NCBI GenBank assembly: GCA_050012755.1 | Contig: JBEKGO010000001.1 | Location: 63,545-127,544 of the forward strand | Source of the DNA: Candidatus Bathyarchaeia archaeon | Lineage (GTDB): Archaea > Thermoproteota > Bathyarchaeia > Bathyarchaeales > Bathycorpusculaceae | Reading direction: 5' to 3' | DNA length: 64,000 nucleotides | In this document: positions 21,356 through 32,385 of the stretch, piece after piece | How the letters are laid out: every line of letters starts with the position of its first letter | Position numbering within the stretch: position 1 is the first letter of the stretch | Program-made: the position numbers and the translations under genes | The notes under the pieces: model-generated | Told to the model about the DNA's origin: nothing | The model's input: the letters and a program-made list of their open reading frames with translations, nothing else | Database searches by the model: none

Positions 21356-24124
21356 CTAAGTGTGATCGTGTATCTTCAACGCTTCCGCACCTGTTTTGCT
21401 GAATTTTCGACTGAAGAACTTCCGAATTTCCTCTGCGAAAACAACAATCAAAGCGAGTGAAATCAGGAATGCCCAGTCACTTAGGTTAAGCGGTGCAGTT
21501 GTGAAGATGTGCTGCATTGCCGGAACATAGACAATTAATGCTAAAATTCCGATTTGCGAGGCGATGCCGAAGATTATCCATTTGTTTGTTTTTAAGCTTG
21601 TTTTGAAGACTGATTGCTTGCTGGTTCTGCATGCTAATACGTTGCCTGCTTGCGCCACCACGATGCCCGCGAAAGTCATCGTTACCCCTTTGGCGTAAAG
21701 TTGGCTATTGGCAGCCAATGTCATTCCAAAGTGCCATCCGCCTGCAGTCCAAGCGCTCAAACATCCATACATAGCTCCTGCAGCTATAATGACTCCGATG
21801 AATACTGACCGAATCAGAACCTTGCGAGTAAAGAGTCTTTCTTTTATGCTTCTTGGCGGTTCCTGCATGATTCCTGCTTCAGGAGGTTCACGACTCAAAG
21901 CTAACGATGGAATGACGTCTATGGCAAGGTCAATCGCTAAAACTTGCGTCACGAGAAGTGGCAGAGGAATACCTAAGACGGCATATAATATGAATGGAAT
22001 TAGTTCAGCCCAGTTGTGTGAAAACACGTAGACAATAAACTTGCGAATGTTCTCATAGATTGCTCGTCCAGACTCAATCGCTTTTACAATCGAAGCAAAA
22101 CTGTCATCAAGCAAAACAATGTCTGCGGCTTCACGTGCAACGTCGGTTCCTGAAACCCCCATTGCAACGCCTATGTCTGCTTCTTTAAGCGAAGGGGCGT
22201 CATTTGCGCCGTCACCTGTTACAGCCACAATTTCTCCGCTGTTTTTAAGTACTTTTACTATGCGGAGTTTTTGTTCTGGCGCAACACGAGCAAAAATCAC
22301 GTTCCCTTGTCGTACTTCATTGACAACAGCTTGATCGCTTAAATCGTCTAGGTCAACACCGCGAATAACTTGGCAGCGATCCCGGTCGACAATCGCAACT
22401 TCCTGTGCGATAGCTTGGGCTGTTGGGCCATAATCTCCTGTAATAATAACGGTTTTTACTCCGGCTTGTTTTGCCTTCAAAACGGCTTCTTCAACCTCCA
22501 TTCTTGGCGGATCACGCATCGCGGCTAAACCGACAAAAATCAAGTCAGATTCCACTTCAGCACCTTTGTCATACTCGGTTTTTGGCATCTTCTTGTAAGC
22601 GGCTGCGATTACTCGCAAGCCTTCGTTGGCGAACTCGTGGATTCGTTCTTCTATGCAACCCATTTTTTCCGTATCTAACTCTACAATTTTGCCGTCGAGA
22701 AGCACTTTTTTGCATAAATCCAAAATGTTTCTTGGAGCGCCCTTTGTGAAAACTAAAACGTCGCCATTCAAAGTGTGGACGGTGCTCATGGTTTTGCGTT
22801 CAAAACTGAAGGGTATAATGTGGATCATTGGTTTCTGAGCTAAGGCGTTCTGAATATTCACAGTTGATTTTAACGCGGCAACAAGCAACGCGCCGTCCGT
22901 TGGGTCGCCTATTACGCTCCAATTTTTGTTTCGGTCTGAAGGAGGATCGAGTTTTGCTCCGTTGCAGAGAGCAGAAATTTCAATGAGTTTCTCTAGAGAA
23001 CCTGTTTGACCTTTCTTCAATGGTTGACCGTTTACGGTGAAGTCGCCTTCAGGCTTGTAGCCTAAGCCAGAAACGTCCACAACATAATCATAAACCCACA
23101 GCTTGTTTACAGTCATTTCTCCCTTAGTTATTGTGCCTGTTTTATCGGTGCAGATTACGGTGACGCTGCCTAGAGTTTGCACCGCAGACAGCCTCTTTAC
23201 CAAAACGTTCTGTTTCACCATTTTCAAAACGTTGATGGCTAAAGCGCTGGAAACTGTGACTTGCAACCCCTCTGGCACGCAAGCCACCATGACGCCAATC
23301 ATGAAGAATATGCTTGTGGCAAGAGAAGCATGCAAGAAAAGAAAACTGGAAGCAAAGAAAACTACGCCTACGGCTACAGCAATCATAAAATCGTATTTCG
23401 CGGTTAAAGCGATTTCTTTTTGAAGTGGGCTATCTTCTTCCTGGATTGTTTGAGTTAAATTAGCGATTCTTCCAAACTGAGTATCCATGCCAGTTGAATA
23501 AACAACTGCTTTGCCCTGTCCTTTGGCGACGCTTGTACTCATGAAAACAAGGTTAGGGGAATACAAATAGGCTTTTTCAACAACTTTGACTGTTTCAGCA
23601 ACACGAGGTTGTGGTTCGGATTCTCCAGTTAAGGGAACATTGTTTGTCCATAAGTCAAAGGCTTCGATCAGGCGTGCATCTGCTGGTACTCTGTCACCTT
23701 CTTCTAATGCTACAATGTCGCCTGGAACAATTTCGCTGACAGAGATTTTTTTGAGTTCTCCATCACGCATAACTTTTGCAAACTCAGGCATCCAGCTTTT
23801 CAAGGTCTGCATAGCTTTTTCTGCACGTGATTCTTGGAACATGCTAACGAAAATGTTTACGAAGACAACTGCAAGAATTATTAAAGCAAGTTCAGGACTA
23901 CCACTGATGTACGATAAAATTGCTGCAACAAGTAATAGGATTCCGAATAGGTCTCGAAGATGCCTTATGAATTTGTGTATAAAGGGAATTTGTCTTTTTT
24001 CTGAGAGTTTGTTGTACCCGTATTTTCTTAGGCGAAGTTTAGCTTCTTCACTTGTCAATCCTTCAGGAGAAGTATTTAGGTCGTTGAAGACCTCGCCGAC
24101 GGGCATAGAAGCAGCTTTTTCCAA
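21356..24124 (-). CDS. Cation-transporting P-type ATPase (type II)
   Basis: LTGES, VPEGL, ICTDKTGT, KGAP, TGDGANDAP. Confidence 0.93.
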   Translation of the reverse strand: MEKAASMPVGEVFNDLNTSPEGLTSEEAKLRLRKYGYNKLSEKRQIPFIHKFIRHLRDLFGILLLVAAILSYISGSPELALIILAVVFVNIFVSMFQESRAEKAMQTLKSWMPEFAKVMRDGELKKISVSEIVPGDIVALEEGDRVPADARLIEAFDLWTNNVPLTGESEPQPRVAETVKVVEKAYLYSPNLVFMSTSVAKGQGKAVVYSTGMDTQFGRIANLTQTIQEEDSPLQKEIALTAKYDFMIAVAVGVVFFASSFLFLHASLATSIFFMIGVMVACVPEGLQVTVSSALAINVLKMVKQNVLVKRLSAVQTLGSVTVICTDKTGTITKGEMTVNKLWVYDYVVDVSGLGYKPEGDFTVNGQPLKKGQTGSLEKLIEISALCNGAKLDPPSDRNKNWSVIGDPTDGALLVAALKSTVNIQNALAQKPMIHIIPFSFERKTMSTVHTLNGDVLVFTKGAPRNILDLCKKVLLDGKIVELDTEKMGCIEERIHEFANEGLRVIAAAYKKMPKTEYDKGAEVESDLIFVGLAAMRDPPRMEVEEAVLKAKQAGVKTVIITGDYGPTAQAIAQEVAIVDRDRCQVIRGVDLDDLSDQAVVNEVRQGNVIFARVAPEQKLRIVKVLKNSGEIVAVTGDGANDAPSLKEADIGVAMGVSGTDVAREAADIVLLDDSFASIVKAIESGRAIYENIRKFIVYVFSHNWAELIPFILYAVLGIPLPLLVTQVLAIDLAIDVIPSLALSREPPEAGIMQEPPRSIKERLFTRKVLIRSVFIGVIIAAGAMYGCLSAWTAGGWHFGMTLAANSQLYAKGVTMTFAGIVVAQAGNVLACRTSKQSVFKTSLKTNKWIIFGIASQIGILALIVYVPAMQHIFTTAPLNLSDWAFLISLALIVVFAEEIRKFFSRKFSKTGAEALKIHDHT

Positions 24125-24700
24125 ATTTATTCCGCCAAAACCTCACGATTGACTAGTTTATGGCAACCCCGTACAATTGAACATCGAAGCAAAGAGAAAC
24201 ATTAAATGGGAAAATATTTCGTTGAACCAGACCTGATTGAAGGTGCATTCATATCCTCAGCGTTTTAATCTAAATACATTGATTTTACTTTATTTTTGGG
24301 TTTATTGTTGCTTGTTACATTTAAACTAATCGGACTTGAAGCTGAATTTAATGTCGAATTAGCAATTTTAAAGCAAGTAATGGCTTTCTTATACATTTGA
24401 TTCTTTTTCCTCTTTCAAATTCATCATTTAGATAAGAAAAACTAAGTCCATTTATTCTTTTTTGTGAACTTCACTTAACCTATATGCAAAGTAGAATCAA
24501 CCTCTCTTTTGTCTACTGTTGAAGGGAAATAATTCGAAATGCAGAATCTTTGCAGAACAGATGAGTTTGCGGTTGATTTCACCAGCTGTTGTTTTTCCAA
24601 TTGTTTTAAAAAAGGATGCCATAAAGTTAATAGGACACAATTTCACTTTCCATGTAGTTTCAAGTAATAAATAATCATCAAAATGGAGAATGCATAATTT

Positions 24701-26917
24701 ATGGCTCGTTATAGGCAGACTGATGAAATAGTCAAACTGATGGAAACTCCAACATTTATCAGAAATACCAGTATAATTGCTCATGTAGACCACGGAAAAA
24801 CCACACTTTCCGACAGCCTGTTGGCCGCAGCAGGAATCATCAGCACGCAAACTGCAGGACAAAAACTATTTCTTGACTCCTGGGATCTTGAGCAGAAACG
24901 TCAAATGACTGTTTTCGCTTCAAACGTCAGTCTAGTTCACACTTACCAAAACCAAGATTATTTAATCAACCTCATTGATACACCTGGGCACATTGACTTT
25001 TCAGGTGCCGTAACAAGAAGCCTAAGAGCAGTAGACGGCGCACTGGTAGTTGTCGATGCTGTTGAAGGACCTATGACTCAGACGGAAACTGTTTTGATGC
25101 AGGCTCTGCGAGAACGTGTTAAACCAATTTTATTCATCAACAAGGTTGACCGATTAATTAAGGAAATCAAACTTACACCTCTTGAGATTCAGAAGAAATT
25201 CGCAAAGATTCTATTGAGAGTAAACAGTTTAATCGAAAAATATGCTCCGGCAGAACACAAACAAGACTGGCAAGTCAAAATAGAAGATAGCCGTGTTGCA
25301 TTCGGTTCAGCGCTCCATAAATGGGGCTTAAATCTTGATCACATGAAAATGAAGAAAGTCACTTTCCAAGACATCATCGACGCGTACACAGGTGACCCTG
25401 CAGATGTCGGAAGAAAAGTTGACGCGCTCAGCAAGAGAGCACCCCTGCCAGAACCAGTATTAGATATGTTCGTTCAACACTTACCCAACCCATACGAAGC
25501 CCAACCCTACAGGCAACCGCAGATTTGGCCAGGAGACGTTAGCAGTCCAACTGGTGTAGGCATGGCGAAAGTTGACCCCAAAGCACCATTACTTATGTGC
25601 ATATCCACAATCGAAGTTGACCCACATAGCGGAACAGTTGCGATCGGCAGAATTTTCAGCGGGTCAGTTGAGCGGGGAAAAACAGTTCAACTTGTAAGCA
25701 GCAACCAGAAAGGCACAATACAGCAGGTTTTCATGAGTATGGCAACTGACCGAGTTCTTATTGACAGGGTTCCAGCGGGCAACATTGGCGCAATCTCAGG
25801 TTTACCATCCATACATGTTGGCGAAACCATTGCTGAAGAAGGCATTGAAGTACACTCGTTTGAAGGTTTAAGATATGTTTCAGACCCGGTCGTAACCGTA
25901 GCTGTTGAACCTGAAGACATCAAAGACTTGCCTTTATTCGATAAAGTGATGCATAAACTCACCACAGAAGACCCTAACCTACACTTTATTATGAACAAAG
26001 AAAGTGGTGAATTCCTCCTATCAGGCATGGGTGAGCTTCACCTCGAAATCACCGCTTACCGCATGCAGGAAGCAGGCTTAAAAGTAAAACTTAGCAAGCC
26101 AATCGTCATCTACAGAGAAACGATAAGTCACGATTATCGTGGTCCAGCAATCATGGGCAAAAGCCCCAACAAACATAACAAACTCTGGATAACCATCGAG
26201 AGACTGTCCGATGAAGTCATTGAAGCAATAAAATCTGATAAAATTAGTGATATGCAAAGCAGAGATGAACGAACGAAAACATTGCGGGCTTTAGGATGGG
26301 ACGCAGATGAAGCTAAAGGCGCAGTAGCTGTGGAAGAAAACTGCATTCTTGTCAACCGTATTCGCGGAAGACAATATGTTGAGGAAATTTTAGACCACAT
26401 TAAAGGTGGGTTCCGCGAAGCAGTCCATACATCGCCATTAGCAAAAGAACCAGCTTACGGCTTAAAAATCAACTTAGAAGACATTGTCCTACACGAAGAC
26501 CCAGTCCACAGAGGACCCGCACAAGCTATCCCCATGACTTGGAGACCAATATACTGCTGCATATTACTGAGCGATCCAAAACTGCTTGAGCCACTCATGA
26601 GTTTCGAATGTAAAGTTCCGAGCGAATTCGTCAGCGCAGTACTCACAATGCTAAACAAACGACGCGGAAAAATCCTTGACATGCCATCCGAAGAAGACAT
26701 GATCACCGTTAAAGCTGAAATGCCAGTCTCCGAAAGCTTCGGCATAGCAGATGAACTACGCGGTTCAACTTCAGGCAGAGCTTTCTGGGCAACACAGTTC
26801 AGCCGTTGGGCACCAGTTCCAGAGCAGCTGCAAGCAGAAACCATCAAAAAGATACGCGAACGCAGAGGATTACCACCAGTACCGCCAAAACCAGAAGAAT
26901 ACTTCGAGAAAGAATAA
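24701..26917 (+). CDS. fusA: Translation elongation factor EF-2 (archaeal)
   Basis: AHVDHGKTT, DTPGH, NKVD, GMGELHL, KSPNKHNK, diphthamide-site LHEDPVHRGPAQ. Confidence 0.93.
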   Translation: MARYRQTDEIVKLMETPTFIRNTSIIAHVDHGKTTLSDSLLAAAGIISTQTAGQKLFLDSWDLEQKRQMTVFASNVSLVHTYQNQDYLINLIDTPGHIDFSGAVTRSLRAVDGALVVVDAVEGPMTQTETVLMQALRERVKPILFINKVDRLIKEIKLTPLEIQKKFAKILLRVNSLIEKYAPAEHKQDWQVKIEDSRVAFGSALHKWGLNLDHMKMKKVTFQDIIDAYTGDPADVGRKVDALSKRAPLPEPVLDMFVQHLPNPYEAQPYRQPQIWPGDVSSPTGVGMAKVDPKAPLLMCISTIEVDPHSGTVAIGRIFSGSVERGKTVQLVSSNQKGTIQQVFMSMATDRVLIDRVPAGNIGAISGLPSIHVGETIAEEGIEVHSFEGLRYVSDPVVTVAVEPEDIKDLPLFDKVMHKLTTEDPNLHFIMNKESGEFLLSGMGELHLEITAYRMQEAGLKVKLSKPIVIYRETISHDYRGPAIMGKSPNKHNKLWITIERLSDEVIEAIKSDKISDMQSRDERTKTLRALGWDADEAKGAVAVEENCILVNRIRGRQYVEEILDHIKGGFREAVHTSPLAKEPAYGLKINLEDIVLHEDPVHRGPAQAIPMTWRPIYCCILLSDPKLLEPLMSFECKVPSEFVSAVLTMLNKRRGKILDMPSEEDMITVKAEMPVSESFGIADELRGSTSGRAFWATQFSRWAPVPEQLQAETIKKIRERRGLPPVPPKPEEYFEKE

Positions 26918-26927
26918 TCAACCAACC

Positions 26928-26955
26928 CATCTTTCTTTTTGTTTTTTATTTATTG
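26928..26955 (+). terminator. T-rich terminator after EF-2
   Basis: CTTTCTTTTTGTTTTTTATTT just downstream of the stop codon. Confidence 0.55.
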
Positions 26956-27360
26956 TCTCTTTAAAGTAAACTTTGAAGTTTTATTCTGGTTTTAGCCTTA
27001 CGTTTGTGCATTCAACCATGGTTTCTTTTCTTGGTTACTTATTCCCGAAATAGTCAGCGCTCTTTGTTGTTCTATGTTCGCCAACACTATAATCCGCCAT
27101 AGAACACGAACTTTTGAAACACTTTTGAGCCACAAAACTCAAACAGGTAGCTTTACAGTATACAATGGCTTTGTTTGCGTGCCTTTATATTTCTAAGACG
27201 GTTTTTGCATAGATATGTAATTCATTATTTTCAGGACATGCACTTTTCTAACGTTTTCGATGCACAAATGTTAATTTCTTTTTTATAGAATTATCATTCT
27301 TGCAAAATTTTAAATAGCAAACGCTTGATACTCAACAACACTGAAAAAGGAGAAAAACAT

Positions 27361-30066
27361 ATGAAAATTTCAAAAAATAAAGCGACAACAATCACGACGT
27401 TATTAATGCTTTTACTTGCAGCCTCAATGATGCTATCACCAATAAAAGGCCAAGTTTCCTTTCCAGCAGGAACCCAAATTCCGACCTATGCGTACATCAA
27501 CGTTGCACCGAACCCTGTCGGCGTTGGTCAAACAGTTAACGTCAACTTTTATCTAGCAACGGTAATAGAATCCAGCGAAGACCCAACAAACATGACAGTT
27601 CAAATAACAGATCCGACGGGCACAGTTCAAACAAGAGGTCCCTTCACAGGAGACACAACTGGAGGAACATTCTTTAATTTTGTTCCTGACAAAGTTGGCA
27701 ACTGGACCTTCCAATTCTTCTACGGCGGCCAAGTTACGGGAGGCGGCGGCATGTTCGGTGGAGGATATTCAGGCCTTGTTCAGTTACCTAGCCATAGCAA
27801 AGTATACACATTAGTGGTTCAGCAAGCACCAATCATTAAGACTACATATCCAACAACTCCGCTTCCAACAAAATATTGGGAGAACCCTGTTAGCGCTCAA
27901 AACGTGGAAACCTGGTACAATATTATGGGACCTTGGCTTGGATTAGGCGGCCTTGTTTTCGCATCAACGGGAGAATACAATGCAACCAGCGCGTGCAATC
28001 CATACACTGAATCAGTATATTCTGGCCACGTTCTTTGGACTAAAGTTTGGTGCCCAGGCGGTGTGGTCGGTGGTGACGCGGGTGGGACAGAGATAACGGG
28101 TCATTACTGGTCTACGAGGCAGTATTGGCCTCAATATGCACCAGTAATAATGGATGGCAAAATGTACTCTACATGGTATCCAGAAACAACAGGTTACTCA
28201 AATGGCATTCTTTGCACAGACCTATACACTGGCGCAACTCTTTGGAGACTAAATACCACTAGTGTCTTGCGGTGCGGTATGGAAACTGAATGGAAAACGC
28301 CCAACATGTACGGTGTTATTGGTCCATACATCTGGACAACCGGCGATCTTCCAGCATCGGAAACTGGCGGAATAGCGATTCCGAGCTACGCAGTGATGAC
28401 ACCCTTCGGTCCATCGGGACCAACTCAATACAACATGTATTCTGCCTTAACTGGAGAATACGTCCTTAGTATTGTCAACGCCAGTTCAATGACAATTAAA
28501 TCAGACGCAAATGGCAACTTGATAGGCTACTACATCAACAGCACAGCTGGCTCCATGACAACATATGGCTCTGCTCCAGCAATGGCGTCCCAACCGGTAA
28601 CGGGAGTAGTAAAAATATCTGCCACTGATCCTGATCTATGCTGCTTCAACTTTTCGCAAGCACTCGGCAATAGTTGGGGATGGTCTCCATCACAGAACAC
28701 CGTGATTGACGCTGGCCTCGGAGTTATGTGGGCGCAACCAATACCTATCAGCATTTCAGGCGTAGCAATAACCCCACAACTCGTAATGGATGCGATTAAC
28801 CCATTATGTGGCAATGCAGTGACATTAAGTTCAGGCTACGTTCACATGGAAGGCGGCGGAGATGAACAAAGCGGGTGGATTGTGTATGCAAGCATGGATG
28901 ACACTACTGGACAACTGCTGTGGTGCAAGAACTTCACATACCCAGAATATCAATCACTTCTGCCATTTACAAGAACAACCAGCTCCCAAGGAGACGGAAT
29001 AAGGACAATAAGTAACATGGTTAACAACAAGATGGACGCTATCGATATGCGCACTGGCAACAAAGTATGGTCAGTAAATCTCGCAACTCCATATGGCGAC
29101 GGCACACCAAACAGGTATGATACATTTGGCTTTGTAGGGCGGTCCGCGAACGGTCAGCTAATTCTGTTCGGCTTAGGCGGAGATATATGGGATTTCGACA
29201 TCGCAACTGGACATCAATTATGGTATACGAATACAACGACCCTTATTGGCGATCCTGGCATTGAGACGCCCTATGATGTTTGGCCATTGTGGGTGTTTAC
29301 ACCACAAGCGTTCACAAACGACATAGCATACCTCGCTGTTGGCCATGAGTATGATCCACCGCTGTTCCACGGGGCACAACTGCTGGCCATAAACATGAGC
29401 AATGGACAACTAGCCTGGAGCGAATTAGGCTTCTGCATTAGATCAGTGGCAATTTCTCAAGGCGTCTTGTTATCGCTCAACGCTTATGACAATCAAATAT
29501 ATGCTTTCGCCAAGGGACCAAGCGCTACAACTGTTAATGCTCCAAACGTTGGAGTTACTACTGCTACGCCGATAAGAATTACAGGCACTGTCATGGATGT
29601 TTCCGCTGGTTCACAGCAGTCTCAGGTTGCGAAGGACTTCCCCAATGGACTTCCATGTGTTTCTGACGCGAGCCAGAGCAGATGGATGGAATACGTATAC
29701 CAAGACCAGGCAATGCCAACTAATGCTACAGGCGTCACCGTTACATTGAGCGTTCTTGACTCCAACAATAACTTCCGACAAATCGGCACGACAACAAGCG
29801 ATGCTAGCGGTACATATGGTTTCACTTGGACTCCAGATATACCAGGTGATTACACACTCTATGCAAGCTTTGCAGGATCAAACTCATACTATCCATCATC
29901 AGCTGAAACATCATTCCATGCAGGTACAGCCGCTACACCAGTCCAGACTGCTGCTCCACTTCAACAAGTCGATAACACGATGACCATCGTCGGCGTTGGC
30001 GTTGCAATCATAATAGTAGTCGCTATTGTTGGCGCACTGACGATAATGATGCTCAGAAAACGATAA
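27361..30066 (+). CDS. Large secreted/surface protein: Ig-like domains + PQQ-like beta-propeller repeats + C-terminal TM anchor
   Basis: RBS AAAGGAGA before ATG 27361; signal peptide; repeated 'D..TG..LW' motifs; C-terminal TM followed by RKR. Confidence 0.82.
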   Translation: MKISKNKATTITTLLMLLLAASMMLSPIKGQVSFPAGTQIPTYAYINVAPNPVGVGQTVNVNFYLATVIESSEDPTNMTVQITDPTGTVQTRGPFTGDTTGGTFFNFVPDKVGNWTFQFFYGGQVTGGGGMFGGGYSGLVQLPSHSKVYTLVVQQAPIIKTTYPTTPLPTKYWENPVSAQNVETWYNIMGPWLGLGGLVFASTGEYNATSACNPYTESVYSGHVLWTKVWCPGGVVGGDAGGTEITGHYWSTRQYWPQYAPVIMDGKMYSTWYPETTGYSNGILCTDLYTGATLWRLNTTSVLRCGMETEWKTPNMYGVIGPYIWTTGDLPASETGGIAIPSYAVMTPFGPSGPTQYNMYSALTGEYVLSIVNASSMTIKSDANGNLIGYYINSTAGSMTTYGSAPAMASQPVTGVVKISATDPDLCCFNFSQALGNSWGWSPSQNTVIDAGLGVMWAQPIPISISGVAITPQLVMDAINPLCGNAVTLSSGYVHMEGGGDEQSGWIVYASMDDTTGQLLWCKNFTYPEYQSLLPFTRTTSSQGDGIRTISNMVNNKMDAIDMRTGNKVWSVNLATPYGDGTPNRYDTFGFVGRSANGQLILFGLGGDIWDFDIATGHQLWYTNTTTLIGDPGIETPYDVWPLWVFTPQAFTNDIAYLAVGHEYDPPLFHGAQLLAINMSNGQLAWSELGFCIRSVAISQGVLLSLNAYDNQIYAFAKGPSATTVNAPNVGVTTATPIRITGTVMDVSAGSQQSQVAKDFPNGLPCVSDASQSRWMEYVYQDQAMPTNATGVTVTLSVLDSNNNFRQIGTTTSDASGTYGFTWTPDIPGDYTLYASFAGSNSYYPSSAETSFHAGTAATPVQTAAPLQQVDNTMTIVGVGVAIIIVVAIVGALTIMMLRKR

Positions 30067-30241
30067 AAAAAACAAAATTCCCTTTTCTTTTTTTTATTTA
30101 AATCATGCTGAGAAAATTCTATAGAAAACTAGAATGCTTTTTAATTTTCTTTCTTAAGCGCTCGACAGCCCCAAAAAAAAGGTTTGTGTTTGCAGGGTAA
30201 GGCTTTAATTCAAATTGTCAGTTAACGTTTTAGTGAAGCTT

Positions 30242-30826
30242 ATGATAATTGGAGTTTGCGGTAGCCCAAGAGACCAAGCCACAGAATATGTTTTAAAGGA
30301 AGCCCTTCGGATGCTTGGCGAGAAGGGGTTCGAAACCAAATTTTGGACAGTAAAGGGAAACTGGATTGACTTTTGTGCACATTGTGATTATTGCCTCAAA
30401 AACAAGGAATGCGTTGTCCAAGATGACATGCAAGAACTCTACACATTACTCACTGAAGCAAAAGGAATCATCCTAGCAACCCCAGTATACAACGGCGGCG
30501 TCAGCGCCCAAATTAAAGCCGTAATGGATAGAACACGCGCGTTGGTTGCAGCGGATAAAAATGTGTTTAAGGGCAAAGTTGGCATGGGCATTGCAGTTGG
30601 CGGAGATAGGAACGGCGGTCAAGAATTCGCATTGATGCAGATTCACACGTTTTACATTATTAACGGAATGATTCCCGTGGGCGGAGGATTTTTCGGAGCT
30701 AATTTAGGTGCAACGTTTTGGAGTAAAGACACTCTTGAAGGAGCCAAGTCTGATGAAGAAGGCTTCAGAAGCTTGAAGAAAACCGTTAAGCGGTTTGCAG
30801 AAAACATGGAGAAATATCAAAAATAA
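30242..30826 (+). CDS. Iron-sulfur flavoprotein (Isf)-like flavodoxin-fold protein
   Basis: GSPR, CAHCDYC-x5-C cluster motif, ATPVY, GGDRNGGQE. Confidence 0.87.
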   Translation: MIIGVCGSPRDQATEYVLKEALRMLGEKGFETKFWTVKGNWIDFCAHCDYCLKNKECVVQDDMQELYTLLTEAKGIILATPVYNGGVSAQIKAVMDRTRALVAADKNVFKGKVGMGIAVGGDRNGGQEFALMQIHTFYIINGMIPVGGGFFGANLGATFWSKDTLEGAKSDEEGFRSLKKTVKRFAENMEKYQK

Positions 30827-30834
30827 CTGGTTGA

Positions 30835-31428
30835 ATGTTTATGGCAGAAGCGGAGAAAGTTAAGAAGCTAAAAGTTGCTTGGGGTATTACAGGCGCAGGC
30901 GACAAAATCGCTGAAATTTTGGAGATAATGAAGGACTTAAAAAAACAGTCAGAAGATACAGTCGAAATTCAAGTTTTTCTCTCCAAAGCCGCTGACACCA
31001 TGCTAAAGTTTTATCGGCTCGAAGACGATTTGAAAAATAATTTTCCAAAAGTTCAGGTTGAGCTTAATTCTAATTCGCCATTCCTTGCTGCTTGGCTGCA
31101 AAGCGGCAAATACGAGTTCCTCCTTATTGCCCCTGCTAGTTCAAATACGGTTGCTAAAATAGCCAACAGCATCAGCGATACCATGCTAACCAACGCGGCA
31201 ATCATGAGCCTCAAAGCCTACCGACCAGTGTACATCTTGCCTACAGACTACAGGGAAAGCACCGTTACCACAAAATTGCCAAATGGCAAAGAAATGAAGC
31301 TTAGAGTACGCAAAGAAGAAGCTGACCAAGTCCGCAAACTCGAAAAAATGGAAGATGTGCATGTGCTGGAAAACCCACAGAAGATGCGTCAAATCTTTTT
31401 GGATTGGCTGAAAACTTTAAGATCTTAA
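30835..31428 (+). CDS. afpA: Archaeoflavoprotein AfpA (HFCD-like flavoprotein)
   Basis: KVAWGITGAGD, FLSKAA, IAPASSNTVAKIA..SD, PVYILPTD. Confidence 0.78.
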   Translation: MFMAEAEKVKKLKVAWGITGAGDKIAEILEIMKDLKKQSEDTVEIQVFLSKAADTMLKFYRLEDDLKNNFPKVQVELNSNSPFLAAWLQSGKYEFLLIAPASSNTVAKIANSISDTMLTNAAIMSLKAYRPVYILPTDYRESTVTTKLPNGKEMKLRVRKEEADQVRKLEKMEDVHVLENPQKMRQIFLDWLKTLRS

Positions 31429-31514
31429 TTCTTTTTGCGGTAGCGGCGAAATAGAAGTATCGCTCCCATCGCTATTAATGCTGATGAAATAATTACCAGT
31501 AAATAATCTTGTTC
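31425..31514 (-). pseudogene. Orphan C-terminal membrane-anchor fragment
   Basis: Reads EQDYLLVIISSALIAMGAILLFRRYRKKN*, immediately preceded by an in-frame TAA. Confidence 0.4.
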
Positions 31515-31585
31515 TTAATTGTCTGTGAGATAATGTTAATAGGAACTGCTAATCAATAAGGACTCTAACATATTGAGGCAAGAGC

Positions 31586-32272
31586 TTGGCTGTTCTAAAA
31601 AGGATGCGAAGAAGCAATTATTTCAAAACAATGGTCGCAATTGTTCTTATTATTGCAATAATTCTTGGCTTCTTCTTTGGTTTGCAGTTTGGGCTTCATA
31701 CTTCTGATCCCCTGTTGACTGTGGAAAGCGGCAGCATGAGCATCCCCTATGATGGTATGGAAAGTAAAAACTGGCAAGGCTTCTGGCTAAGCATAACGCA
31801 CCCGCTTGACAGAACCCTAAGTGTAGGCGACATCATAATTATCCAAGGCGTAAACACCAAAGACCTAAACACCAACTACCCAAACAGCGACATAATCGTA
31901 TTCCACAGCCCAATAACTGGCGAATTAATTGTTCACCGCATAATTGGCACAAAAATAGTTAACGGTACTACGTATTTTTTCACCAAAGGGGACGGAAATG
32001 GGTATCCAGATACATGGCCGCAAATCCCAAAAAGCTTGGACTCACGGTCAGGTGTTGACTCGTGGGACTACATGAGAAACCCGCCTGGAGTCCCTCAAAA
32101 CCTGGTGGTCGGTAAAGTAATCATGCGCATTCCATGGTTCGGATGGATAACACTTGAAATGAAGGATAATCCATGGGCTTTACCGTTTGTTATTGCGATC
32201 ATATTTTTGCTCGTGATTATCGAATTTGTTATTCCAATACTAAAGAGAAAAAAACCTAAACAAAAAAGGTAA
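31586..32272 (+). CDS. Signal peptidase I (archaeal Sec11 type)
   Basis: VESGSM, GDIII, IVHRII, TKGDGN, VVGKV; N- and C-terminal TMs. Confidence 0.88.
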   Translation: MAVLKRMRRSNYFKTMVAIVLIIAIILGFFFGLQFGLHTSDPLLTVESGSMSIPYDGMESKNWQGFWLSITHPLDRTLSVGDIIIIQGVNTKDLNTNYPNSDIIVFHSPITGELIVHRIIGTKIVNGTTYFFTKGDGNGYPDTWPQIPKSLDSRSGVDSWDYMRNPPGVPQNLVVGKVIMRIPWFGWITLEMKDNPWALPFVIAIIFLLVIIEFVIPILKRKKPKQKR

Positions 32273-32385
32273 TTTCGTGCGGTAATTGTTTTCTGGAGTC
32301 CGTGAGATAAGTATAAACGTAGTGATATAAAGTCCTTGAGATCGGTTTGATTAGTTTCCGCGACACGCATCAGCAAGACAAAAGT

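Noticed and set aside
24125-24700. Metal-sensing riboswitch or ncRNA upstream of the P-type ATPase / EF-2
   Set aside because: AT-rich with no recognisable conserved motif or convincing stems.
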